64,000 bases of DNA from Gemmatimonadota bacterium (GCA_039587355.1 JBDHIO010000013.1:9847-73846), one strand, 5' to 3'. Counted from the first letter of the stretch, positions 54,694 through 63,910 are shown. Program-made: numbers and translations. The notes: generated by a model from the sequence alone, not told the origin.

Positions 54694-55215
54694 TCAGCCG
54701 GCGATCTCGTACTCGCTCTGCACGAGCCCGCTCGGGTAGTCCCGCGTCGCCACGTGAGTTAGAACGATGTCATCGTCGAGCAGACCGAAGAGCGGAATTC
54801 CCGAGCCGATCAGCACGGGGATGCGGGTGACGACCAGGCGCCGGATCAGACCCGCTCGCAGGAACTGCTGGATGACCTGCCCCCCGTCGACGTAGACATC
54901 CTCGAACCCGCGCTCCTCCAGGGCCGATGCGATCTCCGTGGCGTCCCCGGACAACCGCTCGATGACGGCGCCGGCCGGCGGTTCCCCGAGATCCCGCGAG
55001 CTGAGCACGAAGACCGGCTTGTCTCCGAAGAACCAGTCGCCGTCGTATCCCTGCACGAAGTCGTAGGTCTTTCGCCCCCACACGAGGGCGTCCACCGACG
55101 CGAGGAACTCGTCGAAGCCATGCGGCTCCGGGTCGTCGGGCAGGAAGTCGAGGGTGCCGTCTACACGGGCCATGTACCCGTCCAGACTGGTCCCCACGAA
55201 GACGGATCCCCTCAT
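54694..55215 (-). CDS. Dihydrofolate-reductase-like (RibD C-terminal domain) protein
   Basis: 173 aa. VFVGTSLDGYMA..DG.LDFL, GRKTYD, DVYVDGG. Confidence 0.8.
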   Translation of the reverse strand: MRGSVFVGTSLDGYMARVDGTLDFLPDDPEPHGFDEFLASVDALVWGRKTYDFVQGYDGDWFFGDKPVFVLSSRDLGEPPAGAVIERLSGDATEIASALEERGFEDVYVDGGQVIQQFLRAGLIRRLVVTRIPVLIGSGIPLFGLLDDDIVLTHVATRDYPSGLVQSEYEIAG

Positions 55216-55228
55216 GCGCTGGCCTCCG

Positions 55229-55697
55229 CTAGTTGATGCCCGTGGTGATCAGCGACTGCAGGTCTTCGAAGTGCACGAGAAGACGCTTCGACTCGCTCAA
55301 TGCGCTGCCGAGCCACGACGTCCGAAGGAGGATCGCGTTAGACAAGTTGAGGGACCGGGGGATCTCCAGCACAGAGCCCCGCGTGGGCACCGTCCGGTCC
55401 ATCTGTCGTTCCAGTGCGAAGAACTCCATGTCGATGTGGTAAACCGGGGAAAGATCGACGTGCTGCGAAGCAGCCGGATAAACCTGGTCCGTCAGGATGG
55501 ACTGAGCCTGCAACTCGTCCCCGAAACGAGAACGCCTGCGGCGTGCCGCGAACCGTGGACTCGGTGGGCTCGATCGTCCAGACGTTCCAGGGGCCGATCG
55601 AGAGCGATTCTGAGAGAGACTTCGCAGCAGCCTCGACGTCTCGAACGACGAAGCAGGTGTGATGAAGCGCGCCTGAATCTGCGACGCCCATTGTCAC
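55229..55697 (-). pseudogene. VOC (glyoxalase/dioxygenase-fold) gene interrupted by a single frameshift
   Basis: N-terminal half (55697 downwards) reads LHHTCFVVRDVEAAAKSLSESLSIGPWNVWTIEPTESTVRGTPQAFSF. The reading then switches frame near the GGGG run at about 55515-55525 into FGDELQAQSILTDQ...VYHIDMEFFALE... ending at 55229. Combined length of about 155 aa fits a VOC protein. It could equally be a sequencing/assembly error. Confidence 0.45.
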
Positions 55698-55756
55698 CTC
55701 GTGGGTTGCGGTCGGTGTCTAGGAACGTGGGAGCGTATCGTGCCCTGTGTCGGGGA

Positions 55757-56320
55757 CTAGGGCCAGAGCCAGCCGAACACGCCACCCGTGAGCAGCGCGT
55801 AGATCAGGCCGTCCACGATCGACCGGATCGCGTTGGCCGGTCGTGCGCCCGCCCAGATCACGTCCTGCCAGATCGCGCCGGCGTAGGCCATGAACGCCGC
55901 CGTGCACACGACCTGGAACACGAGCATGTAATCGGCCCCGGCTCCCAGCGTGATTCCGCCGACATATCCCGCGAAGAGGCCCACGACGATGCAGTAGAGG
56001 AACCAGTTGAGGAGGTTCTTCCCCATGTTGATCTGACCCGCCGGATAGATGCGGATCGTTCCGGCCGGTCCCCTATTCCACTTCTCCGTGAGCTCGGGGG
56101 TGGGCTTCATCTCCGTCGGATCATCTGCACAGGGAAAGAGATACTCGCCGGTACCGGCTCCTGAGTTCCGAAGCGCCTCCACGATCGTGTCCTCATCCGG
56201 AAGCTTGGCGTAGTCGTTCTTGTGCCAGCGGACGACCATGTGGAGCACGGAGCTGGCGACGAAGACGATGACTGCGGAAACAAGGATCGGCAGCCACAGG
56301 CCCATGAGCGACACTTCCAT
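55757..56320 (-). CDS. Hypothetical membrane protein
   Basis: 187 aa. N-terminal TM, soluble loop, three C-terminal TM helices. Confidence 0.55.
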   Translation of the reverse strand: MEVSLMGLWLPILVSAVIVFVASSVLHMVVRWHKNDYAKLPDEDTIVEALRNSGAGTGEYLFPCADDPTEMKPTPELTEKWNRGPAGTIRIYPAGQINMGKNLLNWFLYCIVVGLFAGYVGGITLGAGADYMLVFQVVCTAAFMAYAGAIWQDVIWAGARPANAIRSIVDGLIYALLTGGVFGWLWP

Positions 56321-56524
56321 CGTGACCTCCTCGGGGTGGCCGGCCCACGATCAGGCCGGGCAGGGGGTTCATGGCACCGTAGCCGACGACGCTCGTAACG
56401 CACAAGAGCGCCCGCCGCGCGACACCTTCGTCCCGACCGTCGGTGGGACGGCTTGTCGGGACCGGGCCGCCGGGACAGTCTCCTGGAGGGGCTCCACCAT
56501 GATCACTGCAGACCGAGATGACTC

Positions 56525-57658
56525 ATGCGGCACGAGACCGACGGCGACGATGCCCACACCAGGGATCTGTCCCGACGCACGTTCCTCAGCATCGCTGCGG
56601 CCGGCGCCATCGCGGCCGGGTGCGATCCGGTGAGCCTGGCGTCCGAGAGCCCGGCCGAAGGCCAGTCGGCCCCACGACTGCGCTGGGGAGTCGTCGGTAC
56701 CGGTAACATCGCCAATTCGATGGCCGGTGTGATCCGGGCGTCGGAGGGCGCAGAGCTGTCGGCCGTGTCGAGCCGTCGGATGGAGACGGCTCGAGAATAC
56801 GCCGACCGGCACGACGTGCCCCACGCCTTCGACTCCTGGGCGCAGATGCTGGTGTCGGAGGTGGTCGACGCGATCTACGTCGCCACGCCGACGAGCGCGC
56901 GTGAGGAGATTTGCCTCGCCGCCGCCGCCAATGGGAAGCACGTCCTGGGCGAGAAGCCATTCGCGAGCGCGCACTCCGTTAGCCGGATCGTAGAGGCCTG
57001 TCTTGAGAATGACGTGGCGTTCATGGATGGGACTCACTTCCCGCACCATCCTCGAACCGCCGACATCCAGACCCGTCGCGAGGAATTGGTCGGGACGACC
57101 TGGTCGGTCGGTTCGGTCTTCCAGTTCAACCTCGGAAACCGGTCCAACATCCGGTACAACCGCGACCTCGAGCCGATGGGCGCGATCGGCGACGCGGGCT
57201 GGTATAACATGCGGGCGGCCTACGAGTACCTGCCCGCCGGCGTCGAGCTCGAGGGCGCGAGCGCCTTCCTGCGACGCGACGAGGAGACGGGAGCGGTGAT
57301 CGGCGGGAGCGGTGCGCTTCAATTCGCGGGCGGCGCGACGTCGACCTGGACGTGCGGCTTCGACTCGGGCGTGATGATCTCGGACGTCCGAATCGCCGGT
57401 ACGGACGGCGTGATCTACATCGACGACTTCCTGTACCAGAACGCGGACGGTTCGGCGGACTTCACGCTCCGGAGAGGACGATCGTCCGACACGGTGCGCG
57501 TAGAGTCGACGAAGCCTGGGGCGGTGCTGATGTTCGAGGACATGGCGGCGGCCGCCGCTGATCCGACGCTACGCCGTCGCTGGATGACCGCGACGGAGCG
57601 CACCCAGACCCTGCTCGACGCTGTCTGGGAGGCCGGGCTGGAGAACGAGGGCGCCTGA
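56525..57658 (+). CDS. Gfo/Idh/MocA-family oxidoreductase with Tat signal
   Basis: 377 aa. Twin-arginine SRRTFLSIAAAGAIAAGC; Rossmann LRWGVVGTGNIA; GEKP motif. Confidence 0.85.
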   Translation: MRHETDGDDAHTRDLSRRTFLSIAAAGAIAAGCDPVSLASESPAEGQSAPRLRWGVVGTGNIANSMAGVIRASEGAELSAVSSRRMETAREYADRHDVPHAFDSWAQMLVSEVVDAIYVATPTSAREEICLAAAANGKHVLGEKPFASAHSVSRIVEACLENDVAFMDGTHFPHHPRTADIQTRREELVGTTWSVGSVFQFNLGNRSNIRYNRDLEPMGAIGDAGWYNMRAAYEYLPAGVELEGASAFLRRDEETGAVIGGSGALQFAGGATSTWTCGFDSGVMISDVRIAGTDGVIYIDDFLYQNADGSADFTLRRGRSSDTVRVESTKPGAVLMFEDMAAAAADPTLRRRWMTATERTQTLLDAVWEAGLENEGA

Positions 57659-57673
57659 CGCTCCGCCGGCCGT

Positions 57674-58102
57674 TCATTCCGCCGAAGGCAACTCCTCGAA
57701 GATCTCGGCGAACCGGTCGCGGAACTCCTGCGGGATCTCGAGGGCCGTCATGGTCGCCGTGTCGACACATACCGTGACGAGTCGCGCGTCGACACAGGTG
57801 ATGTCGTCCTTGCGGATCCGGTAGCGGAGCCCGAGCGAGCTCCGACCGACTTTGAAGCACGTGACGCGCACCCGGGGGCGGTCCCCGAACCGCAGCGGGT
57901 GGGCGAAGTCCACATTCGAATGGACGAGCGGAAAGCCGACGTGCTTCTCGAGCAGGAGGTGGTAATAGCGGGTGCCGACGTGCTCCTCCCAAACCTCCTC
58001 GAACACGTCGTGCAGGTAGTCGAAGATCCGCGGGAAGTACACGATCCCCGCAGGGTCGACGTGTCCGAAGCGGACTTGAAGAGTGGTCTCGAAAGCCGTC
58101 AT
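57674..58102 (-). CDS. Hotdog-fold acyl-CoA thioesterase (4HBT/YbgC-like)
   Basis: ATG at 58102 overlaps the upstream stop (ATGA). VRFGHVDPAGIVYFPRIFDY (catalytic Asp region). Confidence 0.8.
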   Translation of the reverse strand: MTAFETTLQVRFGHVDPAGIVYFPRIFDYLHDVFEEVWEEHVGTRYYHLLLEKHVGFPLVHSNVDFAHPLRFGDRPRVRVTCFKVGRSSLGLRYRIRKDDITCVDARLVTVCVDTATMTALEIPQEFRDRFAEIFEELPSAE

Positions 58103-58797
58103 CCCGCCCCCGTTTCGCCGCGTCTCGACGCATTCATGTTTGCCAGCGCCTCGGGCGAAAAGCCTCTGACGATGAGCCAGACCGCGAGAACCATCTCCTG
58201 AATCGCGATCGGTCCTGAGAAGACGATCTCCATCGCGATCGGCGACAGGCCGACCGAAGCGTCGAAGAGGGTGATCAGCGACCCCGAGATGAGAGCCACA
58301 CCTCCAAGGAAGCCCCACGCCGAGATCCCCCTGGGTATCAATCGCGTAGCCCAGAGCACCGCGTTGAGGATCAGGGCGCTCAGCGGGAAGACGACGCCAA
58401 CCGAAATCAGAAACGGCGGCTCGCTCACCAGCCGGACGGCCTCGCGCAGCTCGGGCCACGCGATGCCGCCACGGTCTCCGACGAGTGTCAGCGTGAACCC
58501 GGCGACCACGATTAGCAGAGCACTCTCGATCACCCGCAGAGATACGTAGCCCTGCGCGAGTGGGGTGCTGGCCCGCCGTAGCACCGGGTACAGGAATACC
58601 GAGATCATCGGAATGGCGAGGATTCCGACCAGCTCTACCAGGACGCCGAGGACGATCCGGGCCTCCTGGGCCGAGGTGAGCCCCGTCTCGGCAGGCGAAC
58701 CGAGGATCGATCCGTAGATCGCCTGGCCACCGATATAGAGACTGGTCGCTGCGATGAAGAAGACGCCGACTGCGGTGGCGATGCGTCGGTCGTTCAT
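58099..58797 (-). CDS. Polytopic membrane protein (resembles DUF4386, from memory)
   Basis: ATG at 58797 overlaps the family-D stop (TGATG). 232 aa, about 6 TM. Confidence 0.55.
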   Translation of the reverse strand: MNDRRIATAVGVFFIAATSLYIGGQAIYGSILGSPAETGLTSAQEARIVLGVLVELVGILAIPMISVFLYPVLRRASTPLAQGYVSLRVIESALLIVVAGFTLTLVGDRGGIAWPELREAVRLVSEPPFLISVGVVFPLSALILNAVLWATRLIPRGISAWGFLGGVALISGSLITLFDASVGLSPIAMEIVFSGPIAIQEMVLAVWLIVRGFSPEALANMNASRRGETGAG

Positions 58798-59480
58798 CAC
58801 GGTTCGAGCGCCTGATCGATCATCGCGAGGATCGCTTCCCCGGCGTCGAGACGCTTCCTGCTGTCCATGACGACGAGTCGCCCCAGATGAAAACGCTGTC
58901 CCACCAATGCCCGGCTCTCTTCGGAAACACGGAGCCGAGAGTCGAGTCGATCTCCGGTACGGGTGGCGAGCCCGGTGGTCCCGAGACCGCCCCACGCGTT
59001 GAGGAGGCGTCCGACGTCGAGTTCGCCGAGGAGCCCCGCAATCAACTGGCGGTGAACGAAGTCACGGACCAGGGCTTCGTCTTCGGCCGTGTCTTCGAGC
59101 GACGCTGGCCAGCCCGCGAGCGCCTTCTGGAGATCCCCGTCCCGGATGAGATCGATCCGCCCGGATGCCAGAAGCGTGTTCAGCGTACCCGTGGCGGGGT
59201 CGGCGGTCCGGAAGGAGACGAGCGCTCGGAGTAGCGAGTCAGGGACGACCAGGGTGGCACCATCACCCGCGCTTCCCATCAGCCCGACCAGCTCGCCCAG
59301 CTCGGACGCGTACCGTTCATGGACCTCATGAACGGATCGGAGGTCGCTGAGGTTCTCGGCGAACTCGGTCTGAAGAGCCTGAAGGACCAGCCCCTCCTCC
59401 TCGCGCTCCTGTACCCCTGCCCACCACGCCTCGATGCCGAAGGCCAGGAGAATCGAGCCGACGATGACCGCGCCCTCCAC
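58797..59480 (-). CDS. Hypothetical N-terminally anchored protein, paralog family D
   Basis: GTG at 59480. The conserved N-terminal motif (QRIPWLRVLVEGAVIVGSILLAFGIEAWW) extends upstream of this GTG in frame, where only CTG/ATT codons are available, so the true start is unresolved. Confidence 0.55.
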   Translation of the reverse strand: MEGAVIVGSILLAFGIEAWWAGVQEREEEGLVLQALQTEFAENLSDLRSVHEVHERYASELGELVGLMGSAGDGATLVVPDSLLRALVSFRTADPATGTLNTLLASGRIDLIRDGDLQKALAGWPASLEDTAEDEALVRDFVHRQLIAGLLGELDVGRLLNAWGGLGTTGLATRTGDRLDSRLRVSEESRALVGQRFHLGRLVVMDSRKRLDAGEAILAMIDQALEP

Positions 59481-59509
59481 GAGAACGCGAAGCCATGGAA
59501 TCCTCTGGG

Positions 59510-60670
59510 TCAGTTGGCACCTCCTGGAGGGTCGAAGATCGGAGCGGTCTCCTCATGCATCACCACAACGGCGTCGAAGAACAGAGACCAGTCGGCGGAG
59601 GTCGTCCGGCCGAACAGCCGGGAGGACACGATGCCGAGCTCGCGCAGGGCCTCCCGGCTCAGGTAGACCCGTGCATTGTCGGCGCTCGTTGCGATCGCCT
59701 CCAACGATCCGGGCGGCGCGTCGGGCAGGTCTCGGACGGGCCCGCCCGCCATGGACGAGTGCCCCCCGAATGCGCTGAAACCGATGGCGGCGAGGCGGTC
59801 GCCCATTGTCTCCGACAGCCGCGCACCGAGCGGCTTCGTGTCGCGTTCACCCTGTCGGAGAGTGGCGTGCACCGTCGCCGTCCAGACGATGATCCTGGTG
59901 TCTGCGGGCAGCCGGTCGGCGTGCCAGCGGAAGTTGCGGTGCATCGCCTCATCGCGATCGGGTCCGCCGTCCCGCTGCCGATCGTACAGGCTGGCCAGAT
60001 TCACCGTCATGGCGACCTCCGCCGCGTCGAACCCCTCGCGGTCCACCCCCTCCGCCGCGGCGCGGGCACACTCCTGCAGCCGCATCATCTCCACGTCGTC
60101 GAACGGATGTGCGTCGTCGTAGCGCCAGAACAGGTTCCGCTCGATGGCTTCCCGACACTCGGATGACCGATCGGGCGTGACACCACGAGCGATCAGGTCC
60201 GGCAGGGTGGCTCGCGCGTGGTCGGAAGAGGCGCTGACCTGATCGTCCAGCCCGCCGAGAACCAGCCGACCGTCGACCGCCTGTTCGAACAGCCAGCTTC
60301 GCCAGGCGCTCAGGCCGCGGGTCAGCCAGAAGCCGCCGATCGCCCGATCGAGTCGTTCGGGCGTCGCCTCGCCCCGCACTACCGCCTGCTGGAAGCCGAG
60401 AAAGTCGTAGATCGGTGCCTCGAACAGGACCGCCTCGAAACCGCATTCCTCGACGAGGCGGCGGACGATGCCGGCCTTCGCTTGAAACCCCCGGGCCTCG
60501 CCATGGGTGGGGAGCTCGCCGAGGAGTACGACCTGTCGATCGCAGAAGGCCTCGACGACCCGGGCCTCCACCGCCTCCGAACCGGATCCCTGTCCACTCA
60601 GGTCCATCGGGGCGATCAGCAGGACAAGGAGTGCGGGCACCACGGGAGCGCGAGAGATCGGCCCCCTCAC
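59510..60670 (-). CDS. Erythromycin-esterase-family (EreA/Succinoglycan-biosynthesis-like) hydrolase, secreted
   Basis: GTG at 60670 gives signal PVVPALLVLLIAPM. LLGELPTHGEARGF, VLFEAPIYDF, H..RD..M..N. The start choice is tentative. Confidence 0.65.
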   Translation of the reverse strand: MRGPISRAPVVPALLVLLIAPMDLSGQGSGSEAVEARVVEAFCDRQVVLLGELPTHGEARGFQAKAGIVRRLVEECGFEAVLFEAPIYDFLGFQQAVVRGEATPERLDRAIGGFWLTRGLSAWRSWLFEQAVDGRLVLGGLDDQVSASSDHARATLPDLIARGVTPDRSSECREAIERNLFWRYDDAHPFDDVEMMRLQECARAAAEGVDREGFDAAEVAMTVNLASLYDRQRDGGPDRDEAMHRNFRWHADRLPADTRIIVWTATVHATLRQGERDTKPLGARLSETMGDRLAAIGFSAFGGHSSMAGGPVRDLPDAPPGSLEAIATSADNARVYLSREALRELGIVSSRLFGRTTSADWSLFFDAVVVMHEETAPIFDPPGGAN

Positions 60671-60949
60671 CCGAACGGCGCTCGCATCGCTCGCACGAAG
60701 TCCTCTCTCGCCTGGCCACCGTCGGCTTCGACGCTGAAGCTCGCGTCGTCGAAGGGACGCCCCAGCAGTGCGTCGGACATCGTTTGCGGTCATGGATTTC
60801 GAGTCCTCCGACGCGATCACCTCGCTGTTCGAGTCGGAGGAATACGCGGCGCTAATACCGGCCCGCGACCAAAGGTTCTCGAAGATGAACATACTGCTTA
60901 CGCACGCGATGTAGAGCGACCGGGACGGCCCAATTGGCCCGCTTTCGGT

Positions 60950-61456
60950 CTAGTGACGCGGGACATACCGACCCTCGTCGCCGAACGGCTGGATGTCACG
61001 GTGGCTCAGCACCCCGCGAAGCCGGCCATCGTCCTCGCGCAGCAGCGTCATGCTGAAGCGGACGCGATAGCGCTCGGGCTCTCGCCCGCGGTGCTTGAAG
61101 TCCTCGGTGTGGAACCCCCAGGAGACGACCGCATGGTCGTAGACCGCCGTGTGAATCTCCTCCAGCTCGAGATTGTAGTACTCGAAGGAAGCGAAGAACG
61201 CCTGGAGCAGCGCCCGCGCGTAGGGTGCCTCGGGATCATCGACTCCACGGGGCGCGAGACTCCGGAAGCCGAAGCCGGCCGCCGAGCCCCCGCCACTCGT
61301 GATCGCGTCGACATCGGCCGCCGCCCACGCGGCGAGCGCCGCTCGATACGAGGCTTCGACCTCCGCCGCGACGGCGGCGTCCTGCGCCCGTACCCCTCCG
61401 GCCGACAAGAGCAGGGGCGCCACAAACACTAACACCATGCGGGAAAGACGATTCAT
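60950..61456 (-). CDS. Secreted NTF2-superfamily (SnoaL/DUF4440-like) protein
   Basis: 168 aa. Signal MVLVFVAPLLLSAGGVRAQ; mature domain size and pattern consistent with the NTF2-like fold. Confidence 0.55.
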   Translation of the reverse strand: MNRLSRMVLVFVAPLLLSAGGVRAQDAAVAAEVEASYRAALAAWAAADVDAITSGGGSAAGFGFRSLAPRGVDDPEAPYARALLQAFFASFEYYNLELEEIHTAVYDHAVVSWGFHTEDFKHRGREPERYRVRFSMTLLREDDGRLRGVLSHRDIQPFGDEGRYVPRH

Positions 61457-61493
61457 GGGAATCCTCTGTGGTTAGGGGAACGAGCCGCCGCGT

Positions 61494-62357
61494 CTACTCT
61501 CGGTCCGAAACAGACCGCGACCCGAGCGACGCGAGTTCCGCGGCGATGCTGGCCTCCAACTCCTCGGCGGAGAGCACCAGACCGTCCAGCAGCTGCGCTA
61601 CCAGATGCGCCCAGTACATGCTGTCCCGGAGGTAGCCTTCGAAGTTCGGCCGGCTCCGCATTCTGTCGAGCATCCGCTCGGCGTCGGCTCGGGTGGCCCC
61701 GATCTCGGGCGCCTCGCCCTGTACCTCGGCGTAGTCCGATGGAGCCTCCGCGCCGGAACCGGTCAGAAACTGCCGCATGAGCGCGGGGTCGAAGGTCCCG
61801 GCCCGGATCCTGAGCTCAGGGTCCAGAACGAACGCCAGCTCGCGGAAGTACGTCTCGACGACGCCTTCATCGCCCCACACCATCCACTGCTCTACCTGTA
61901 GCCCGATCTGATTGTAGTAGTCGGCGATCTCCCGCTTGAGCTGTTCGTTTCTCAGCAGCCGAAGGTCTCCGGTCGACTTGAGCTCATCGATCGTGAACTT
62001 CGAGATCGTGGGGGAGAACGTGACCCCGGCGAAATGCGCGTTCATGACCAGGGAGTCAGGGTCGGGCGTACGTGCGGGGTCCTGTAGCCAGGCGTCGACC
62101 TGTCGGGTGATCGCGAGACGGTTTCGTGCCTGATCGCTGCTGAATCGCAGCGACTCGATGTCCGCCTGGAGGTCCGTTCGAAGTCGCTCGAGGTAGCCGA
62201 CCTCCGCGGCGGCTTCCTGCCGCTTCTGCATGGCCTGGTCTGCCCACAGGGCGATCAGCACCCCGAGCGAGACGATGACGAGCTCACCGAGTGCCAACTG
62301 CCAGCTTCCGAGGAAGCGGCCTACGAAGCCGTGGGGGCGCGGCCCTTCAGGCGTCAC
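61494..62357 (-). CDS. Hypothetical N-terminally anchored protein, paralog family D
   Basis: 287 aa. LGELVIVSLGVLIALWADQ.......AAAEVGYLERLRTDLQADI. Confidence 0.6.
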   Translation of the reverse strand: MTPEGPRPHGFVGRFLGSWQLALGELVIVSLGVLIALWADQAMQKRQEAAAEVGYLERLRTDLQADIESLRFSSDQARNRLAITRQVDAWLQDPARTPDPDSLVMNAHFAGVTFSPTISKFTIDELKSTGDLRLLRNEQLKREIADYYNQIGLQVEQWMVWGDEGVVETYFRELAFVLDPELRIRAGTFDPALMRQFLTGSGAEAPSDYAEVQGEAPEIGATRADAERMLDRMRSRPNFEGYLRDSMYWAHLVAQLLDGLVLSAEELEASIAAELASLGSRSVSDRE

Positions 62358-62371
62358 TCCGAACTCCCGGT

Positions 62372-62797
62372 CTAAGACGTCCGTATCGCGCCGACCTGAC
62401 CCAGCAACGCCATCAGGTCGACATAGTTCCAGGTCTCGGCGAGCCTTCCGTCGACGACGCGGCTCATCTCCATGCCCGTGAAGCGCAGCGGGTTTCCGCT
62501 ACCGGGAACGCCCATTACCACGCCCTGATGGGTTCCCGTGACCTCGTAGTGGAAGACGATGCGGTCGCCGTCGGTTCGCTGATCGATCAGCGTCCAGTGG
62601 AGGTCGGGGATTCCCAGGAACATGTCCGCTATCAGAGCCAGGAACGCCTCCCGTCCCTCGATCGGCCCCATGCGCGAGTGGTTGATGTAGTCGCTCGTAA
62701 GAATCTCGGGTGCGCGATCCAGGTCATGCGCGTTGAAGATCTCGAAGTAGAGGCGGGTGACCTCGGCTGCCTGTTCCGCGGTGAGGGGTTCGCTCAT
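62372..62797 (-). CDS. SnoaL-like ester cyclase family protein
   Basis: 141 aa. YFEIFNAHDLDRAPEILTSDYINH, THQG...G.P.(S/T)G.......(G/M)....R..DG...E.W. Confidence 0.75.
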   Translation of the reverse strand: MSEPLTAEQAAEVTRLYFEIFNAHDLDRAPEILTSDYINHSRMGPIEGREAFLALIADMFLGIPDLHWTLIDQRTDGDRIVFHYEVTGTHQGVVMGVPGSGNPLRFTGMEMSRVVDGRLAETWNYVDLMALLGQVGAIRTS

Positions 62798-62948
62798 GGG
62801 ACGCCGTCCGACAGAGATGGATACGGTGGGATGCTCGCGCGGTTGATCGTAGAAGCAGTGCCCGGACCACGCGAGCCCGGAGGGCGAGGAGAGCTTCGTC
62901 GCCCTTACACGCCGACGTCAACAGGTGTGGAGGGGAGTCTGCCCGCGA

Positions 62949-63521
62949 TTAGCCGGTCAGGAAGAGGATCCCCCAGAGGACGAAGCCGACCGTCGAAAGC
63001 AAGAACAGGATCGGAAGCAGCGAGTGGACACGGTGATTGCTCGTCGCCAGGCCAACAGGGGGAATGACCATCCAGATGACATGCAATGCCCAATACGATC
63101 CCGGTATCGGTCTGAGTTCAGCCCTCGCCTTCAGTACCGTCTCCGGGATGTCGAGCAGGACTGCCGCGAGGAGGAGCCAGAAGAAGGCGCTTCGGTGCTG
63201 TATGAAGTGCGACTTGAGGTTGAGGCCCTCGGTAATCTGGTCGGGATAGAGGACGTCGGTCAGTAGATACAGCACGATTGCGTACAGGACGAGGAACAGG
63301 AACAGGAAGTAGTTCCACTCGGGAAGCTGGTTCCACGCGAACAGCGCCCACCAGATCGAAACCACGTAGAGCAGAACGTTCAGGGCCCAAAGGGAGTGGA
63401 CCCAATGCCCCTCGATGCCGTCGCGATGGCGGATACTGCTGCCGACCGCCGACAGGAGCCTGGTTACGGCGAGGCCCATGATCACCGCGACGAAGACGCT
63501 CAGGTACTCAAAGGAGCTCAT
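62949..63521 (-). CDS. Hypothetical polytopic membrane protein, paralog family B (copy 3 of 3)
   Basis: 190 aa. MSSFEYLSVFVAVIMGLAVTRLL; HWVHSLWALNVLLYVVSIWW. Confidence 0.6.
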   Translation of the reverse strand: MSSFEYLSVFVAVIMGLAVTRLLSAVGSSIRHRDGIEGHWVHSLWALNVLLYVVSIWWALFAWNQLPEWNYFLFLFLVLYAIVLYLLTDVLYPDQITEGLNLKSHFIQHRSAFFWLLLAAVLLDIPETVLKARAELRPIPGSYWALHVIWMVIPPVGLATSNHRVHSLLPILFLLSTVGFVLWGILFLTG

Positions 63522-63700
63522 ACCTGATCCAGCGCCTGATTGAAGCCCATCGGATCGATGTCGAGCTCGTCCGCGACCTCCCGGAGCTCGGCCACGGAGG
63601 TGCCGAGCGGGCGGGGTTGCACGAGCGCTGCCCGTTCGATGAAGTCCCGAACCTGGTCTTCGCTCAGCAGCATGTCGTCCGGCAGTCGATCGTCACCCAC
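63518..63700 (-). CDS. Small ORF carrying only the family-C N-terminal module
   Basis: 60 aa. LSEDQVRDFIERA...SVAELREVADELDIDP aligns with FSEEQVREILEDA...SLAELKTIGEEVGIDP of 27604..28320. ATGA overlap with the family-B gene. Confidence 0.45.
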   Translation of the reverse strand: MGDDRLPDDMLLSEDQVRDFIERAALVQPRPLGTSVAELREVADELDIDPMGFNQALDQV

Positions 63701-63840
63701 GGTAAGACCTCCAGCATGTGGCAGCGCGCGTCCTCACAGCCTACGCGAGCTACCGGCTCTGCGGGAGAGCATCACGCCACCAATCAACTGGGGGAGAGCA
63801 TTCATAGGGCTGGATGATGAGCCAGCGGCACCCTGCAAAT

Positions 63841-63850
63841 CTGTATACAG
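63841..63850. promoter_or_regulatory. 10-bp palindrome CTGTATACAG in an intergenic region
   Basis: 60 nt upstream of the ATG at 63911. Shares the TGTATACA core with the 11308-11352 repeat array. Confidence 0.25.
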
Positions 63851-63910
63851 GTCGTAAGGCCACCCTTGACGGGTGGGACCCTCAGCACCCGGTACACGGA
63901 GAGCGCAGCA

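Noticed and set aside
60218-61432. 404-aa plus-strand ORF across the esterase / NTF2-like region.
   Set aside because: It is antisense to two minus-strand genes with signal peptides and family motifs, and has shadow-ORF composition.
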